A DNA stretch of 63,420 bases, filler included, from Polymyxa betae A26-41 (Eukaryota > Protista > Endomyxa: Phytomyxea), in the NCBI GenBank assembly GCA_003693705.1. It is 6 parts of 6 records of this genome, joined end to end, with 100 filler letters (N's around TTAATTAATTAA, not from the genome) between each part and the next. Parts side by side here need not be neighbours in the genome. Positions count along the whole stretch, not along the records: positions 61,626 to 63,420 come from RBZT01000139.1; 5 more parts are not named here. The stretch is one strand, 5' to 3'. The position numbers were made by a program, and so were the translations under genes. How positions within the stretch are numbered: the first letter of the stretch is position 1; every line of letters starts with the position of its first letter. Below, one piece after another: positions 61,626-63,420 of this stretch. The notes beneath the pieces are model-generated. The model was not told where the DNA came from. It did not search any database and was given only the letters and a program-made list of their open reading frames with translations.

Positions 61626-63179
61626 CTTGTCGTAATTCCTAAGGTTAACAACTTATATCCGATCATCTGGGATTATGTAAAACCGTCTACATGTATCACT
61701 GCAGCTTCTGCAATTTCTGACAAACAACTTTTGCATGAATGTCTTGGACATCCGTTGAAAGAAGCACCGGCAGATGACGGTTTAGGATTGTGTACGGGAT
61801 GTGTGCTAGGGAAGTTTTCAAGGGCTCCGTTCAAAGGGAAATGGACCGCAGAAAAAGAGCAGCCAGATTCATTCCATACTGATTTGATGGGTCCATTTCC
61901 GGTTCCAAGTTTGGGAGGTTCACGTTTCGTACAAGTCCTTATTCAGACGACTGATCGAAATTGCCGGGCACATTGATATCCTACTGTGTTTTTCTCAAAA
62001 GAAAGTCGGAGGCGCTTCAAAACTTGAAAACTTTGAATAATCGTCATAAGAATCAAACAGGCCATCCAATAGGCCATATACATTCTGATAACGAAGCTGT
62101 TCTTGTTTCTAAAGAGATAACGAAGTATTGCCAAGAGGAAGGGATCACGCAAAGCACCAGCGTCCCATATACTCCTCAACAAAATCCGTTTGCCGAGCGT
62201 TTTAATCGTACTATTTTAGAATCTGCTGAATGTATGCGATTGGGAGCAGGAGCACCACGACGATTTTGGGCAGAGACCTTGAATGCAGCTACTTACGTTC
62301 ATGAGCTAAGAATCCATTCATCATTGAAGATGTCACCATTCGAACGTAAATTTGGTATCAAGCCGTACACAGAAAATTTACGTCGATGGGGCTGCCGTGT
62401 TTGGTTTCCGCAACGGGACGGGTCGAAACTTCGACCGAAACGGATTCCTGGCATTATGATGGGGTATTCAAGACGGTCCAGAGGTTCATACAGAATTTTT
62501 GATCCCGCAAAAGGTCAGATCGTTGTCGTAAGGCAAAATGAAGCCGTTTTTGACCAGAACTGTTTACCATTTCGTGATTTACCCGAAAGAGAACGTGAGG
62601 AAGAAATTTTAAAAATTATCATTGGCGATGATGAACTGGCTTTACCATCGAATAATGATCAAGATCACGAGGAACCAAATCAGGGTTCGGATTTAATCTT
62701 CGAACCAAGGTCTCAACCTGTTCCTCGGGATTCCGAGTCAGAGCTGCGGCGTTCATCTCGTATTCGCTCGGCACCGGACCGATACGATCCTGGTAAAGAT
62801 AGTTCTGCACATACTGCAACGATGAGCTTATGTAGTTCGGAATGTGATGTCGAGCGGACAAATTGAGCAAATGCTGTAACTTTGGAAGATTTGGCGAAGG
62901 ATAATGTGATTTGGAGCGAAATTTTTCACCGGAGCTTAAAGGAAAACTCCAATATTCTATGTTGCTTCAATACTGAACATGCAGAATTAAAGATACCTGT
63001 TGATGTTTTGGCTACTGATGTTCCAATTCCGAACTCGTGGAACGAGGCGGTGAATGATGCCAAATGGGGCAAATTTTGGAAAGTCGCTGCTCAGAAAGAG
63101 TATTCACAATTATTGAAGAATCAGACTTGGCGACTATCACCGAGACCAGAACACTGCAAGGCTATCGCTTGTAAATGGG
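61626..63179 (+). mobile_element. Ty1/Copia pol fragment (pre-integrase HHCC, rve integrase, start of RT), frameshifted
   Basis: HECLGH..CTGC, HTDLMGPF, IHSDNE, YTPQQNPFAERFNRTI, PNSWNEA..W..AAQKEYSQLLKNQTW, CKWV. Confidence 0.95.
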
Positions 63180-63420
63180 TGTAAGGGGAGTGACTGAGGC
63201 TAGCTGAAGGGGACGAAGGGAACTAGCTACTTTGCAGGCGAACAAGATGTGAACAGAAGCAATCAGATTGAAGAATGATTTATATAGGACGAGATCAGGC
63301 GATTAAATAGGACGCTGACTGGCTGCAGGCCACTCGAGGAGTCGACAGTGGACCAGGCGACTTGGACAGGGTCGACGACGACTTGGACAGAGTCAAAGAC
63401 GGCTGGCATTACAGTCAAAA
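63180..63420. mobile_element. Nested LTR inserted in the Copia RT
   Basis: RT homology stops at CKWV, where TGTAAGGGG begins; short internal repeats GACTTGGACAG.GTC. Confidence 0.6.

Noticed and set aside
1-63420. Fanzor/TnpB, Tas/Nop-domain or other RNA-guided nuclease gene
   Set aside because: No RuvC or Nop motifs recognised in the provided ORFs; the only non-TE nuclease seen is the HNH protein.

Overview
Eukaryotic nuclear DNA, about 43-45% GC by eye, with short GT-AG introns (49-75 nt). It consists of several contigs joined by artificial 100-nt linkers (N44-TTAATTAATTAA-N44 at 6877, 31592, 36225, 52624, 61526) plus one plain 99-N gap (51641-51739), so adjacency across linkers is not evidence of linkage. 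It looks like a gene-sparse, repeat-rich effector compartment of a parasitic microbial eukaryote. A plasmodiophorid-like source is suggested by the secreted ankyrin protein, mixed TTAGGG/TTTAGGG motifs and oomycete-like TEs, but this is inference only. Host genes: six tandem BTB/POZ genes (at least one spliced to a signal-peptide exon), two further duplicated signal-peptide families, a secreted ankyrin protein, a small secreted Cys protein, a PQ-loop transporter, a frameshifted GTPase, an intron-containing tRNA-Met and tRNA relics. Mobile DNA: a near-complete PIF/Harbinger element, two pogo-derived MITEs, Gypsy/Copia/LINE/hAT/mariner fragments and solo LTRs. The most unusual block is an AT-rich island (~51370-52623): an intact NUMOD4-HNH-AP2-like endonuclease gene with the giant-virus early promoter motif AAAATTGA, bracketed by two copies of a foldback repeat and entered through a perfect 46-nt palindrome with iteron-like repeats. 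Two unexplained compact multi-hairpin elements (55297-55405, 58920-59031) also merit follow-up. All calls are by-eye motif recognition; no searches were run.
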